Shown: piece after piece, positions 40,923-51,050 of the stretch
How positions within the stretch are numbered: the first letter of the stretch is position 1
Layout of the letters: each line of letters begins with the position of its first letter
NCBI GenBank assembly: GCA_963754315.1
Contig: CAVWFS010000007.1
Location: 768,001 to 832,000, forward strand
DNA length: 64,000 nt
Reading direction: 5' to 3'
Source of the DNA: an uncultured Candidatus Rokubacteria bacterium
GTDB lineage: Bacteria; Methylomirabilota; Methylomirabilia; Rokubacteriales; CSP1-6
Notes under the pieces: generated by a model
What the model was told of the DNA's origin: nothing
The model's database searches: none
Seen by the model: only the letters and a program-made list of their open reading frames with translations
Made by a program: the position numbers and the translations under genes

Positions 40923-42398
40923 CTAGTACCTATAGTGATCGGGTTTGTAGGGGCCCTCGACCGGGATGTCGACGTATTCGGCCTGCTCCTTGCTGAGCGT
41001 GGTGAGGGTGACACCCAGGTGGGCCAGGTGCAGCCGCGCCACCTTCTCGTCGAGGATCTTGGGCAGCGTGTAGACCTTCCGCTCGTAGCGGTCGGGCCTG
41101 GTGTGCAGCTCGAGCTGCGCCATCACCTGGTTGGTGAAGCTGGCCGACATCACGAAGCTCGGATGGCCGGTCGCGCACCCGAGGTTCAGCAGACGCCCTT
41201 CGGCCAGGATCAAGACACTGTGACCGTCGGGGAAGATCCACTCGTCGTACTGCGGCTTGATGTTGACCCGCTTCACGCCGGCTCGCTTGAGACCGGCCAT
41301 GTCGATCTCGTTGTCGAAGTGGCCGATGTTACCCACGATGGCCTTGTCCTTCATGCGGGCCATGTGGTCGAGGGTGATCACGTTGCTGTTACCGGTGGCG
41401 GTCACGAACAGATCGGCCGTGCTCACCACGTCCTCCAGGGTGGTCACCTGGAAGCCTTCCATGGCCGCTTGGAGGGCGCAGATGGGGTCGATCTCGGTGA
41501 CGATCACGCGGGCGCCCTGCCCGCGCAGGGCCTGCGCACAGCCCTTGCCCACCTCGCCGTAGCCGCACACCACCGCCCGTTTTCCGCCCAGCATGACATC
41601 GGTGGCCCGCATGAGCCCGTCCGGCAGCGAGTGGCGGCAGCCGTAGACGTTGTCGAACTTGCTCTTGGTGACGGAGTCGTTGACGTTGATGGCGGGGAAC
41701 AGCAAGGTGCCCTTCTTCATCATCTCGTAGAGACGATGGACACCGGTGGTGGTCTCCTCGGAGACGCCGCGAATCCCCTGGGCGATCGCGGTCCACCGCC
41801 CCGGATGCTTGGCACGCTGCTCACGCAGCAGGCCGAGCACGACACCCCATTCCTCCGGATCGTGCGCCGGATCGAAGTCTGGGACGCGACCGGCCTTCTC
41901 GAACTCCGCCGCCTTGTGCACGAGCAGGGTGGCGTCGCCGCCATCGTCGAGGAGAAGATTGGGGCCCCGACCGTCGGGGAAGCTGAAGATCTGTTCGGTG
42001 CACCACCAGTATTCCTCGAGTGTCTCGCCCTTCCACGCAAAGACGGGCGTTCCGCGGGGCACCTCGGTCGTCCCGCCGCCCACGACGACGGCGGCGGCCG
42101 CATGGTCCTGCGTCGAGAAGATGTTGCAGGAAGCCCAGCGGACGTCGGCCCCCAGTTCCACGAGCGTCTCGATCAGCACCGCCGTTTGCACGGTCATGTG
42201 CAGCGAGCCCGTGATGCGGGCGCCGGCCAGCGGCGTGCGACCTCGATGTTCGGCGCGCAGGGCCATGAGACCCGGCATCTCGTGCTCGGCCAGGCGGATC
42301 TCCTTGCGTCCCCACTCGGCCAGGCCGAGGTCGCGCACTTTGAAGGGCGGTCGTCCCGCTGCGCTCGCGAGGCTGTTCTTGGCCATTGCCGTAGTCAT
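40923..42398 (-). CDS. ahcY: Adenosylhomocysteinase
   Basis: [72 protein letters not shown] 42398 after GGGGAG. Confidence 0.97.
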   Translation of the reverse strand: MTTAMAKNSLASAAGRPPFKVRDLGLAEWGRKEIRLAEHEMPGLMALRAEHRGRTPLAGARITGSLHMTVQTAVLIETLVELGADVRWASCNIFSTQDHAAAAVVVGGGTTEVPRGTPVFAWKGETLEEYWWCTEQIFSFPDGRGPNLLLDDGGDATLLVHKAAEFEKAGRVPDFDPAHDPEEWGVVLGLLREQRAKHPGRWTAIAQGIRGVSEETTTGVHRLYEMMKKGTLLFPAINVNDSVTKSKFDNVYGCRHSLPDGLMRATDVMLGGKRAVVCGYGEVGKGCAQALRGQGARVIVTEIDPICALQAAMEGFQVTTLEDVVSTADLFVTATGNSNVITLDHMARMKDKAIVGNIGHFDNEIDMAGLKRAGVKRVNIKPQYDEWIFPDGHSVLILAEGRLLNLGCATGHPSFVMSASFTNQVMAQLELHTRPDRYERKVYTLPKILDEKVARLHLAHLGVTLTTLSKEQAEYVDIPVEGPYKPDHYRY

Positions 42399-42433
42399 CT
42401 GATCACTCCCCTGTTCGTGGTTGGACGACCTTA

Positions 42434-43375
42434 TCATCCCCGGCGTGCGGTGGCTGCGAAGAGCCCCGGCCCTCTCGCTCTCGGATCGGTCGGCAAGAGT
42501 CGGTAGCGACACCGCTTGAACCCCACCTCCTCCAGCCAGCCGCCGATCTGGTCGGTCGAGAATCCCTGCCAGAGGTGTCCCATCTGTTGCCGATAGTCCT
42601 CGTTCGCGTGCGGCACCATGTCGACGACGAGCAGCCGGCCTCCCGGCCGGAGCACCCGGCGTGTTTCGGCCAGGGTGCGTGCCGGATCGACGGCGTAGTG
42701 CAGGACGAGCACGGCGGCGGCGGCATCGAGCTCCCCGTCCTCGATAGGCAAGGTCTCGAGGTCGCCCGACCGCAGCTCGACGTTCTCGAGCCCACTCAGG
42801 CGCCGCCGGGCCGACACAAGCATTGCCCGCGACTGGTCGACGGCGATGACCCGGCGCACGAACGGCGCCAGTGCTGCCGCGAACTGCCCCGTCCCACACC
42901 CGAGGTCTCCGACCGTCCATTCCTCGTCCAAGAACCCGAAAGCCGCCCCGAGGTCGGGGCGCGCCCCGAACAGCTCGGCCCGCAGCCCGTCCCACTGGCC
43001 CGCCGCCCGCGAGAAGAACTCCTGGGATCGCGTGCGCCGCTGGGCGAGGACCCCGGCCAGACGCTGCGCATCAGCAGCGGCCACTGCCGTCGTCCCCACC
43101 TGTTCCCGGACGAGATGCCACAGACGCTTCGTCGATGCCTCGAGCTGTCCTCCCGCGAGGCGGTAGAGATGGCTCGGCCCGTCGGCCCGCGCCACCAACC
43201 AGCCGTCGTCAACCAAGACGCGGAGGTGGCGGCTGACCGTCGACTGCGGAAGCTGCAGCACGGCGGTGAGCTCGGACACGGTCAGCTCGTGCCGATCGAG
43301 CAGAAGGAGGAGACGGCCCCGAAGGGGATCGGCCAGGGTGCCGAGCCGCTCGAAGAACGGCGCTGTTTTATTCAT
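42434..43375 (-). CDS. ArsR-HTH plus SAM-dependent methyltransferase-fold regulator (SahR-like)
   Basis: ArsR HTH ([25 protein letters not shown]), 'RSQEFF...AGQWD.LR', GDLGCGTG. Immediately upstream of ahcY. Confidence 0.88.
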   Translation of the reverse strand: MNKTAPFFERLGTLADPLRGRLLLLLDRHELTVSELTAVLQLPQSTVSRHLRVLVDDGWLVARADGPSHLYRLAGGQLEASTKRLWHLVREQVGTTAVAAADAQRLAGVLAQRRTRSQEFFSRAAGQWDGLRAELFGARPDLGAAFGFLDEEWTVGDLGCGTGQFAAALAPFVRRVIAVDQSRAMLVSARRRLSGLENVELRSGDLETLPIEDGELDAAAAVLVLHYAVDPARTLAETRRVLRPGGRLLVVDMVPHANEDYRQQMGHLWQGFSTDQIGGWLEEVGFKRCRYRLLPTDPRARGPGLFAATARRG

Positions 43376-43378
43376 CCG

Positions 43379-43400
43379 TATATCCGGATGCAAGGATATA
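43379..43400. promoter_or_regulatory. Palindromic operator, probable SahR binding site
   Basis: TATATCC-GGATGCAA-GGATATA perfect arms. An overlapping second palindrome CATCCG-TATATC-CGGATG (43373-43390) covers the start codon. Confidence 0.7.
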
Positions 43401-43521
43401 TCAGGTGGCCGCGCGGCGTCAAGGGCCGCCACGTCCCGACGCGGCGGCGCGAAGATGCCCTATGGTGGGGTGGGTGCGGCTATCCTGCAATGCCCCCTGG
43501 ACAAGGAAGGAGGAGTCGGTC

Positions 43522-44106
43522 GTGCCACGATCACTCGCGACCCTGCTGGCACTCGTCCTGTGCGTAGGCACCGAAACAGCGCAACTGTTCGGCTCAGAAG
43601 CCTGGCTGGATCAGACCCCCGCCAACTGGAATCGTCCCGGCGCTTCCGTGCCACCGGCACCGGCCGTGGAAGGCGCCGCCCAGAATCTCACGCGCTGTGG
43701 CGAAGTGGGACGCCCTTCCACGTTGGCCGCGGACCGCGCGGTGCGCGGCGCCGGCTGGACACTCTTCGGGCCCGCCCAGCTGTTCGCAGCCACGACTGTG
43801 GTCATGGCCATGGCCAACGTCGATGGGATGTGCCGACCCCTTCGGTATCAGGCCTTCGTGTTCGTGGACGGACGGTTCGCCGGCACCTTGTCCCCGGTTC
43901 CCATGGACTCACGCACCGACGGCGCCCTCAGTATCGTCCGTCTCTTCCGCGCCAACGAGATGGTGGCCGAGTTCACGCGCTACGCCGCCTCCGACGCGCT
44001 CTGCTGCCCCTCCCGCACCAGCACCGTCATCTTTCGGATCGAGCCGGGCTCGCGCGGCCCCGTGGTGACCCCCGTGACCCTCAGCACCTCACCCCCCCGC
44101 TCCTGA
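43522..44106 (+). CDS. LppP/LprE-like exported protein
   Basis: GGAGGAG RBS and GTG. Signal peptide. 'WLD..PANWN.PGA', 'DGMCRP..YQAFVF.DG.FAGTLSP.PMDSRTDG', 'DALCCPS'. Confidence 0.7.
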   Translation: MPRSLATLLALVLCVGTETAQLFGSEAWLDQTPANWNRPGASVPPAPAVEGAAQNLTRCGEVGRPSTLAADRAVRGAGWTLFGPAQLFAATTVVMAMANVDGMCRPLRYQAFVFVDGRFAGTLSPVPMDSRTDGALSIVRLFRANEMVAEFTRYAASDALCCPSRTSTVIFRIEPGSRGPVVTPVTLSTSPPRS

Positions 44107-44137
44107 ACTCATCACCCGGCCGCCGCGCATTCCCGAA

Positions 44138-44202
44138 GGGGTGCCACGGGTCCCCCGAGGGCACCCCGAGCGCCGGGGGGCGGGACCCTTCGAGGGCCCC
44201 CC
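44138..44202. terminator. Paired GC-rich hairpins between convergent genes (terminator or REP-like element)
   Basis: GGGGTGCC...GGCACCCC stem followed by GGG(A)CCCT-TCG-AGGGCCC stem. No clear U-tract. Confidence 0.45.
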
Positions 44203-44219
44203 ATTACCAACAGCCCCCC

Positions 44220-44618
44220 CTACCAGAAAAACGGATCCCATACCCCCCAGCTCATGGGGCCGCCCGGGTTGGTCAGAGTGGCGGCACGCTGCTCGGACTC
44301 GAGCTCGGACTGGTGAGCAAGCTTCTGGAACTGCTGATAGGCGGCCGCGTTGCCAACGTACACACACTGGCAGCCATCGGGGTCGGCAAAGACATAGTAC
44401 GGCACACCGTCGCGGTCGTGCCGCACGAGCTTGAGAGGGGTGAGGGTCTTCATATGCGCCAAGCGGTCGGGAGTGTCGGCGCGCTTGACCTGGAAGCCGG
44501 CCTTGATGAGCAGGGACTCCATGAGCGGCTTGTTGACCGGAATGGTGCAGCTCTGGACCAGAAGCATCACGGCGCCGAGGATGACCGCCGGCGCTCGCCA
44601 CGATCTGTGCTGTCCCAT
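44220..44618 (-). CDS. Hypothetical lipoprotein
   Basis: ATG 44618 after GGGAG. Lipobox-like 'LLVQSC'. 'YYVFADPDGCQCVYVG...AYQ'. Confidence 0.65.
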   Translation of the reverse strand: MGQHRSWRAPAVILGAVMLLVQSCTIPVNKPLMESLLIKAGFQVKRADTPDRLAHMKTLTPLKLVRHDRDGVPYYVFADPDGCQCVYVGNAAAYQQFQKLAHQSELESEQRAATLTNPGGPMSWGVWDPFFW

Positions 44619-44996
44619 GGACGCGTTCTCCCCTCGCGTGCAGCGGTGATCGCCAGCGTCCCCAGAATACACCGGTTCCCTCGGCCCCCGGTTGTGCCTT
44701 GCTGTCCAATTTCCTGACAATCGAGTCTCGTTTTGTTCGCCCCTGAGGCCTTCTCGTACTCGAGGTTGGCGGCGCCCATTCCATTTGTGCGTTCTCAGCC
44801 GTGGCACGAAAATCGCTGGCCGTGACCATGGAATGGACTCGCATTCCCACGAGGAGGCGAGAGGGCGGATGATCGCTGTCCCACCATCCAGGCGATCGCT
44901 CCCCGACGTACGGCTTCTGGTTCTCCGGGAGCTTCGCGCCTCCGTCAAACCCATCCCCAAGACCGACCCACTTTCGACCGATGGAGGAAGAAGACT

Positions 44997-45987
44997 GTGA
45001 GAAACACGAAGATCGTCGCCCTGGCCTTGATCATGGCGTTCCTGATCGCAGGAAACGCTGGCGCCGCCGAGGACCTTGGGTTGATCACCGGCGGTGAGAA
45101 AGGGACGTACTATCAGTTCGGCCTGGACTTGCAGAAGCTGGTCAAACCGGCCGGGTTCGACCTGGCCGTGTATCCCTCCAAAGGCTCGGCCGAGAATATC
45201 TTCGCCGTCTACCAGCGGCCGGGTGTCCAGATGGGGATCGTGCAGTCCGACGTGCTGGCCTTCGTGTCCCGCGTGGAGTCAGATCCCGTTCTCAAGCAGA
45301 TCGCCAAGAAGACCAGGATGGTCTTCCCGCTCTACAACGAGGAGGTACATCTGCTCGGTCGCCGTGACATCACGACCTTCGACGACCTGGCCGGCAAGCG
45401 GGTGGCGATCGGACGCGAAGGTAGCGGGACGTATCTGACCGCGCGTCTTCTCTTCAAGCTCTCGGAGGTGACACCCAGTCAGATGATTCCCATCGACACC
45501 GGCGAGGCGCTGAGCGAGCTGAAGGCGGGTCGCGTGGACGCCATGTTCTACGTGGCGGGCTACCCGGTGAAGCTTCTCAAGGAAGACGTGACGGCCGCCG
45601 ACAAGTTGGCCCTCATTCCGATCACGAACAAGAGCGTGATCGAGTTCTATCCGAGCGTCGACATCCCGGCCGACGTCTACGCCTGGCAGACAGCGCCGGT
45701 GAGCACGGTGGCGGTGAAAGCCGTGCTCGTCTCCTTTGATTTCCGACGGAAAGACTGCGAGAACATCGGGCGCTTCGCACAGCTCATCTCAACCAGGCTG
45801 ACCTGGCTCTCAGCCAACGGCCATCCAAAGTGGAAGGCCGTGGATCTCAACTATCCGCTGAAGGGCTGGGAGCAGTACGACTGCGTGCGGAAGCACCTCG
45901 GCAAGGCGCCGCAGCCCACGACGGCCCAAGGCTCGTCCCACTGGCAATCCCGTGGCCGACGCCATCAAGACCATCCTGGGAGACTGA
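44997..45987 (+). CDS. TAXI-family TRAP solute-binding protein; frameshift near the 3' end (~45935)
   Basis: TGGEKGTYY, SKGSAENI, GIVQSDV, PLYNEEVHL, GREGSGT. The alternative frame gives a natural ending 'NPVADAIKTILGD*' at 45987. Confidence 0.85.
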
Positions 45988-45988
45988 A

Positions 45989-47167
45989 GTGGTCGAATCG
46001 GATGTCCGAGCTGACGAACGGGGCCCGTGGCTCTCCCGCGCCGTCAAGCTGGGGATTGCCGCGATAGCAGCAGCAAGTCTCGGGCTGGCCGGGTTGCTCG
46101 TTCCCTGGAGCGACCTGCTCTCGTCAGGCCCGCCACAGGCGCACGTTGGCCCTGGAGGAACGGTGAGTTGGGAGGCGGAAGGCTGGGTCAAGAGCGCTAC
46201 GCCGTCGACGAATAGCATTCGCGTGTCGTCCGGCTTCCTCGGTCTCTCCTCCGTGACTCTCATCGTCCCGCTCGAGACCCTGATCGTGGTCGCGGGCAAG
46301 GAAGGGGGATTCGACGACCTTCACGAAGGCCGGCGGGTCCGCGCAATCTACGAGGCCCGCCCTACCGGGCTTCGCGCGAAGAGCATCGAGGTGCTCGTCG
46401 AGGGGGCACAGTCCGAAGCGCGACGGCCAGGCGAATCGATCATTGCAGTTGGGGGCCGTAGTTCGCCCCCCGCCGATGCGCGGCACGGCACGGAGAAGCT
46501 GGCGCCCGCTGCGAAGCTCACCGCCCAGCCGAGCACCGTTCCCAGTCCGGCCTCCACAAGCCCCGACACTCGCAGACCGACGGGAGCCCCGGCGCCCGCT
46601 GCAAGACCCGCCGAACCGCAGCCGGGAGCCCACACGTTGCCGCCCTCGGCCGCCGAGACGCGGACCGCGCCGCCTGCCCCAAAACCTGCCGACCTTCCGA
46701 CGTCAGCCCGTACCTCCTCGCCGGCCGCCGAGACGCGGACCGCGGCGCCTGCCCTAAAACCTGCCGACCCGCCGACGTCAGCCCGTACCTCCTCGCCGGC
46801 CGCCGAGACGCGGGCCGCAGTGCCTGCCCCAAAGCCTGCCGACCCGCCGACGTCAGCCGGTACGTCGCCCCCGGCCGCCGAGCCACGGGGAATTGCGACG
46901 CCCGCCCCGAGATCCGTCGAGTCGCGCAGAGCCGCCAGGGAGGCGGGGCCTCGGGCGATTCCTAGCGGGGCCCGGCTCACCGAACCTCCGGCCGCGCGAT
47001 CCGCACGCGACGAATCGGCGGTCGTGGAACGGCGGGCGACTGTGGCGCCGATTCCCCCCAACGAAGGGTCGCCACGCGCCGGGAGCGACGAGCCGCGCCG
47101 GACACAAGTCAGCGATCCAGGTGCGGTGATCGATTGGCTCTTGAAGTCGTCGCCCACGCGCGACTAG
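45989..47167 (+). CDS. Membrane-anchored hypothetical protein: small OB/DUF5666-like domain plus Pro/Ala-rich repeat tail
   Basis: TM helix, 'DLHEGRRVRAIYE.......AKSIEV', 25-aa repeats, C-terminal 'DPGAVIDWLLK'. Confidence 0.6.
   Translation: MVESDVRADERGPWLSRAVKLGIAAIAAASLGLAGLLVPWSDLLSSGPPQAHVGPGGTVSWEAEGWVKSATPSTNSIRVSSGFLGLSSVTLIVPLETLIVVAGKEGGFDDLHEGRRVRAIYEARPTGLRAKSIEVLVEGAQSEARRPGESIIAVGGRSSPPADARHGTEKLAPAAKLTAQPSTVPSPASTSPDTRRPTGAPAPAARPAEPQPGAHTLPPSAAETRTAPPAPKPADLPTSARTSSPAAETRTAAPALKPADPPTSARTSSPAAETRAAVPAPKPADPPTSAGTSPPAAEPRGIATPAPRSVESRRAAREAGPRAIPSGARLTEPPAARSARDESAVVERRATVAPIPPNEGSPRAGSDEPRRTQVSDPGAVIDWLLKSSPTRD
46647..46882 (+). repeat. 75-bp coding tandem repeat x3
   Basis: GCCGAG(A)C recurs at 46652, 46727, 46802 and 46877. 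Unit encodes AAETRTA.PAPKPAD.PTSARTSSP. Confidence 0.85.
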
Positions 47168-47176
47168 GAAGCTGAT

Positions 47177-48271
47177 CTAATCCGCGGTGCGCTCGTCAAC
47201 GAGCGGGACGCAGGCGGCAGGGTCGATCTTGAGCGCCACCCGCTCGCCAGGACGAAGGCGCCGCTCGGGCGGTCCAGCTACGCGCAGCAACAAGTCGGTC
47301 CCATCGACCCGGATCTGATAGTCCACGCTTTCGCCCAGGAAGCTGGCGCGTTCCACGGTGCCCCGGAACGTGTTGGTGGTCGAGCCGCCCGCACCTTCCG
47401 CTGGCTCCGCCAGCAGCGCGATCTGGTGTGGACGGATGGACACGGCAACGCGAGCGCCCGGCTTGAGGCCGGCCGTGGCGATACGGAAACGCAGGCCTCC
47501 CCGGGCAACCGTGTCGGATTCGACGGCCACGCCGTCGATGAGATTGGTCTTGCCGATGAACTCGGCAACGAAACGTGTGCGCGGCTCGAGAAAGAGATCG
47601 TCGGCCGAGCCGATCTGAGCGACCTGTCCCTGGTGGAGGACGGCGATGCGGTCGGAGATCACCATGGCCTCCGCCTGGTCGTGCGTCACGTAGAGGGTGG
47701 TGATGCCGAACGCCTCATGTAACCGACGAATCTCGAAGCGCATCTCCTCGCGCAGGTTAGCGTCCAGGTTGGAGAGTGGTTCGTCGAGGAGGAGAATCTC
47801 GGGCTCCACGACCAGGGCCCGCGCCACGGCCACCCGCTGCTGCTGGCCGCCCGACAGCTCGCCCGGATAGCGGGCCTCGTACCCGGAGAGCTGCACGGCA
47901 CCGAGGATCTCGCGCACACGCCGCTCACGCTCCGGGCGCGATAGCTCACGTTTGAACCGGAGCCCGTAGGCGACGTTCTGCGCCACCGTCATGTGGGGCC
48001 AGAGCGCATAGCTCTGGAAGATCATCGCCATCCGGCGCCGTTCAGGTGGGACCACAGCCACTGGCGACGACAGGCATCGTTCACCCACCCAGATCTCGCC
48101 CGCCTCCGGCTGGAGGAAGCCCGCCACCAGCCGCAACGTGGTGGTCTTGCCGCAGCCCGACGGGCCGAGCAGCGCGACCAGTTCGCCGGGCTTGACCTCC
48201 AGCGAAAGCCCGGCGACGGCGGCCACGTCGCCGTACCGCTTGGTCAGGGACCTGATCATCACCCCCGGCAT
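47177..48271 (-). CDS. ABC transporter ATPase (FbpC/PotA type, TOBE domain)
   Basis: GPSGCGKTT, LSGGQQQR, LLLDEP, YVTHDQ. Confidence 0.93.
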   Translation of the reverse strand: MPGVMIRSLTKRYGDVAAVAGLSLEVKPGELVALLGPSGCGKTTTLRLVAGFLQPEAGEIWVGERCLSSPVAVVPPERRRMAMIFQSYALWPHMTVAQNVAYGLRFKRELSRPERERRVREILGAVQLSGYEARYPGELSGGQQQRVAVARALVVEPEILLLDEPLSNLDANLREEMRFEIRRLHEAFGITTLYVTHDQAEAMVISDRIAVLHQGQVAQIGSADDLFLEPRTRFVAEFIGKTNLIDGVAVESDTVARGGLRFRIATAGLKPGARVAVSIRPHQIALLAEPAEGAGGSTTNTFRGTVERASFLGESVDYQIRVDGTDLLLRVAGPPERRLRPGERVALKIDPAACVPLVDERTAD

Positions 48272-48272
48272 G

Positions 48273-49991
48273 TCACTCCTTCGCCCCGAGCACATCGCGT
48301 CCGAGCGCGGCCTGCACGAGGGCTACGGTGGCAAAGGTCAGAGCGAGCATCACGAGACCGAGGACAGCGATCGCGCCGAATTGCCCTTCCTCCTTGAGAT
48401 CAAAGATCACCACGGACATGACTTTGGTGGCCGGCGTGAACAGGATGATCGAGGCCGACAACTCGCGGATCACACCGATGAAGATGAAGCACCAGGCCGC
48501 GATGATGCCGCTCTTGGCAAGGGGGGCCGTGATGTCGCCAAGGACGCGAAGCCGTCCCGCGCCCAAGATACGCCCGGCGTCCTCCAGTTCGGGCGGGATG
48601 CCGCGGAACGTGGCGTCGGACTGCGCGTAGCCGACGGGCATCTCCTTGGTCAGATACGCGACGAACAGGATGGCCAAGGTCCCATAGAGGACGAAGGGCG
48701 GCCGAGTGTAGGCGATGAAGAGAGCCACCGCCAACACCACCCCTGGAATGACGACGGGAGCCAGGGCGAGAAAGGCCACCACCTGGTGGCCGACAACGAG
48801 GCGCCGGCTGGTGATGTATGAAAGCAGAGCCACCATGGCCGCGCCCACCGAGGCCGTGAGCACTCCCAGTTCGAGCGTGTTCAGGATGGCCGCCTGCGTG
48901 GCGCTGTATTCGAAGAACGTGAACGCGAAGTTTGCCAGAGTCAGGTTGTCCCACGTCAGCGGCTGGGCCCACGCCCGCGAGACGGCCGCCTTGGCCAGGA
49001 CGGCGTACGGCAGAAAGATGGCGCAGGCCATCACACCGAGGCAGCCGAGGAGCGCCGGATAGCGCCAGGCACCGAGTGGAATTCGACGCCGCTGCCCTCC
49101 TTTGCCTCCGACGGCGGCGTAGCCGCGCCGCCCGAGCAGCTTCTTCTGGAGCAGCAGCAGAAGCGCGGTGGCCAGCAAGAGTGGAATCGAAAACGCCGCC
49201 GCCATCTCGACCTTCGGTGGAAAGTGAAAAAACGACCAGATCTGCGTGGTGATCGTATGAAATCCGGCGGGCATGGCCAGAATGGCCGGCGATCCGAAGA
49301 GCGCCAGTGCCTGCAGGACAGCGAGGATGAACCCGCTCACCAGGGCTGGGGTCACCATGGGCAAGGTTACCGTGAGGGCAGCGGTGAGTCGGCCGGCGCC
49401 GAGGATGGCTGCCGCCTCCTCGAGGTCGGATGCGATCAGCCCGAGCGTGTTGGCGATCATGATGTAGACGTAGGGAAACGTGTACATGGTGACCACAAAG
49501 ACCAGCCCGGTCATGCTGAAGATATTGACGAGGGCTTCCTCGGCGCCGGTCACAGCCCGCCAGAGCTTGTTCAGCAACCCGGCATTGGGCCCGGCCAGCA
49601 TCACCCACGCGAACGCGCCGAGAAAGGGCGGGGTCACGAAGGAGGCCATGACGAGACCGCGTATCAGCGTACGACCGGGAACGTCGGTGCGGGCGGTCAA
49701 CCACGCCAGCGGAGCCCCGACCGCGAGCGAGGCCAGCCCAACCCAGAAGGCCAGCACCACGGTGTTCCAGAGCGCCTTCTGCAAGGCCGGGTCGCCCAGC
49801 ACCAGCCGATAGTTCGCCAAGGTGAGGCCGTCGCGGCCGCTCACGCTGACCGTGACGAGCCAGCCAAGCGGCAAGGCCATCAGGAACACGAGCGCGAGGA
49901 CGACCGCGGCCCACACGGGAAGGGTGCGGTCGAGGCCGATCAGCCGACCGGAGAAGGTCGCGGGCGCGTGGCGCGCGGCGTGAACGCTCAC
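48273..49991 (-). CDS. ABC transporter permease (FbpB type, duplicated TM domain)
   Basis: Two EAA-type loops (LEEAAAILGA, LEDAGRILGA) and many TM helices. Confidence 0.92.
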   Translation of the reverse strand: MSVHAARHAPATFSGRLIGLDRTLPVWAAVVLALVFLMALPLGWLVTVSVSGRDGLTLANYRLVLGDPALQKALWNTVVLAFWVGLASLAVGAPLAWLTARTDVPGRTLIRGLVMASFVTPPFLGAFAWVMLAGPNAGLLNKLWRAVTGAEEALVNIFSMTGLVFVVTMYTFPYVYIMIANTLGLIASDLEEAAAILGAGRLTAALTVTLPMVTPALVSGFILAVLQALALFGSPAILAMPAGFHTITTQIWSFFHFPPKVEMAAAFSIPLLLATALLLLLQKKLLGRRGYAAVGGKGGQRRRIPLGAWRYPALLGCLGVMACAIFLPYAVLAKAAVSRAWAQPLTWDNLTLANFAFTFFEYSATQAAILNTLELGVLTASVGAAMVALLSYITSRRLVVGHQVVAFLALAPVVIPGVVLAVALFIAYTRPPFVLYGTLAILFVAYLTKEMPVGYAQSDATFRGIPPELEDAGRILGAGRLRVLGDITAPLAKSGIIAAWCFIFIGVIRELSASIILFTPATKVMSVVIFDLKEEGQFGAIAVLGLVMLALTFATVALVQAALGRDVLGAKE

Positions 49992-49999
49992 GATCCTGG

Positions 50000-51034
50000 C
50001 TACGCTCCGAAGAACTCCACGAATCGCTTGCGGATTTCCTCGTTGCGCCGCTCGAGCTCACCTGGATCGGTGACGAGCAGCTTGAGCTCGCTCAACTTCG
50101 GCTTGTCCGTCGGATACTTCACCTCGGGGTGACCGGTATAGAGCCCCTCGGTGTCAGCCAGCACCTGCTGCACGTCGCGGCTGAACGTGAAGTCGGTGAA
50201 GAGCCGGGCCGCGTGCGGGTGAGGCGCGAAGCTCGTGATGGCAGTCGGCGACACCACGAGCGGGACGCCCTCCTTCGGGTACACGATCTCGACGGGATTT
50301 CCCTTCTTCTTCGTCTGGTAGAAGGTGTAGTCGCCTCCGTTGGCTGCCACCGGGCGTTCTCCCGAGGCGACCACCCCCGCGGGATCGACGGCGGACTGTA
50401 CGAGCATGGGCTTGTTCTGGGCGAGCTGCTTGAAGTAGTCCCAGCCATGGAGGTGGACGAGGGCGAGCACATGGGTGGCGATCACCCCGCTATAGCCCGG
50501 ATGCGCCGTCACCAGCTTCCCCTTCCACTTGGGATCGAGCAGGTCCTTCCACGTCATGGGCGCCTCCGCCGCCGGCACCAGCTTCGGGTTATAGGCGATG
50601 ACGTTGACGGTAGCCCGCAGACCGTAGTAGTAGCCGTCGGCGTCCTTGAAGCCGGACGGAAAGCCCTCGACCCCGGCCGGGGTGTACTTGGCCAGGAGCT
50701 TCTTCTCCTTGAGCAGGACGAAGTGGCCGGCATCCGAGGTGTGGACGACGTCGACGTTCTTGATGTTGGCCGAGAGCTCCTGCATGACCCGCTGCAAGAT
50801 CCGCTGGGATCCGGTCCGGTGCACCTCGACCTTGATGCCGGGATGGGCCGCCTCGAACAGCTTGGCGACCTTCTCCGCGCTCGGTAAGGCGAGCGAGGTA
50901 TACCAGACCACCTTGCCTTCCTTCTTGGCCGCGTCGATCCGAGTGTCCTGAGCGGCGGCGAGACTGGTGAGGGCGAGGCACACGAGTACCGCGATGGCGG
51001 CCGTGACCATTGCGCGTCGAGACACGTTGGGCAT
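50000..51034 (-). CDS. ABC extracellular solute-binding protein (FbpA/AfuA-like)
   Basis: Signal peptide, 'AAKKEGKVVWYTS', 'TWKDLLDPKWKGK', 'PKEGVP', 'PHPHAARLF'. Confidence 0.9.
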   Translation of the reverse strand: MPNVSRRAMVTAAIAVLVCLALTSLAAAQDTRIDAAKKEGKVVWYTSLALPSAEKVAKLFEAAHPGIKVEVHRTGSQRILQRVMQELSANIKNVDVVHTSDAGHFVLLKEKKLLAKYTPAGVEGFPSGFKDADGYYYGLRATVNVIAYNPKLVPAAEAPMTWKDLLDPKWKGKLVTAHPGYSGVIATHVLALVHLHGWDYFKQLAQNKPMLVQSAVDPAGVVASGERPVAANGGDYTFYQTKKKGNPVEIVYPKEGVPLVVSPTAITSFAPHPHAARLFTDFTFSRDVQQVLADTEGLYTGHPEVKYPTDKPKLSELKLLVTDPGELERRNEEIRKRFVEFFGA

Positions 51035-51050
51035 GGTCAGTTCCTTCCTG

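Noticed and set aside
40614..42506. Long antisense ORFs (also 5425..6960, 14909..16327, 18014..19675, 29591..31312, 39209..40291)
   Set aside because: They are shadows of well-supported genes on the opposite strand, expected in high-GC DNA, and have no recognisable motifs.
42399..42995. 690-aa AhcY with an N-terminal extension
   Set aside because: The extension overlaps the SahR-like gene in another frame. A good RBS and ATG lie at 42398.
46647..46882. Possible CRISPR array (also the repeats at 23745..23910)
   Set aside because: These are contiguous in-frame coding repeats with no unique spacers, and no cas genes are present.
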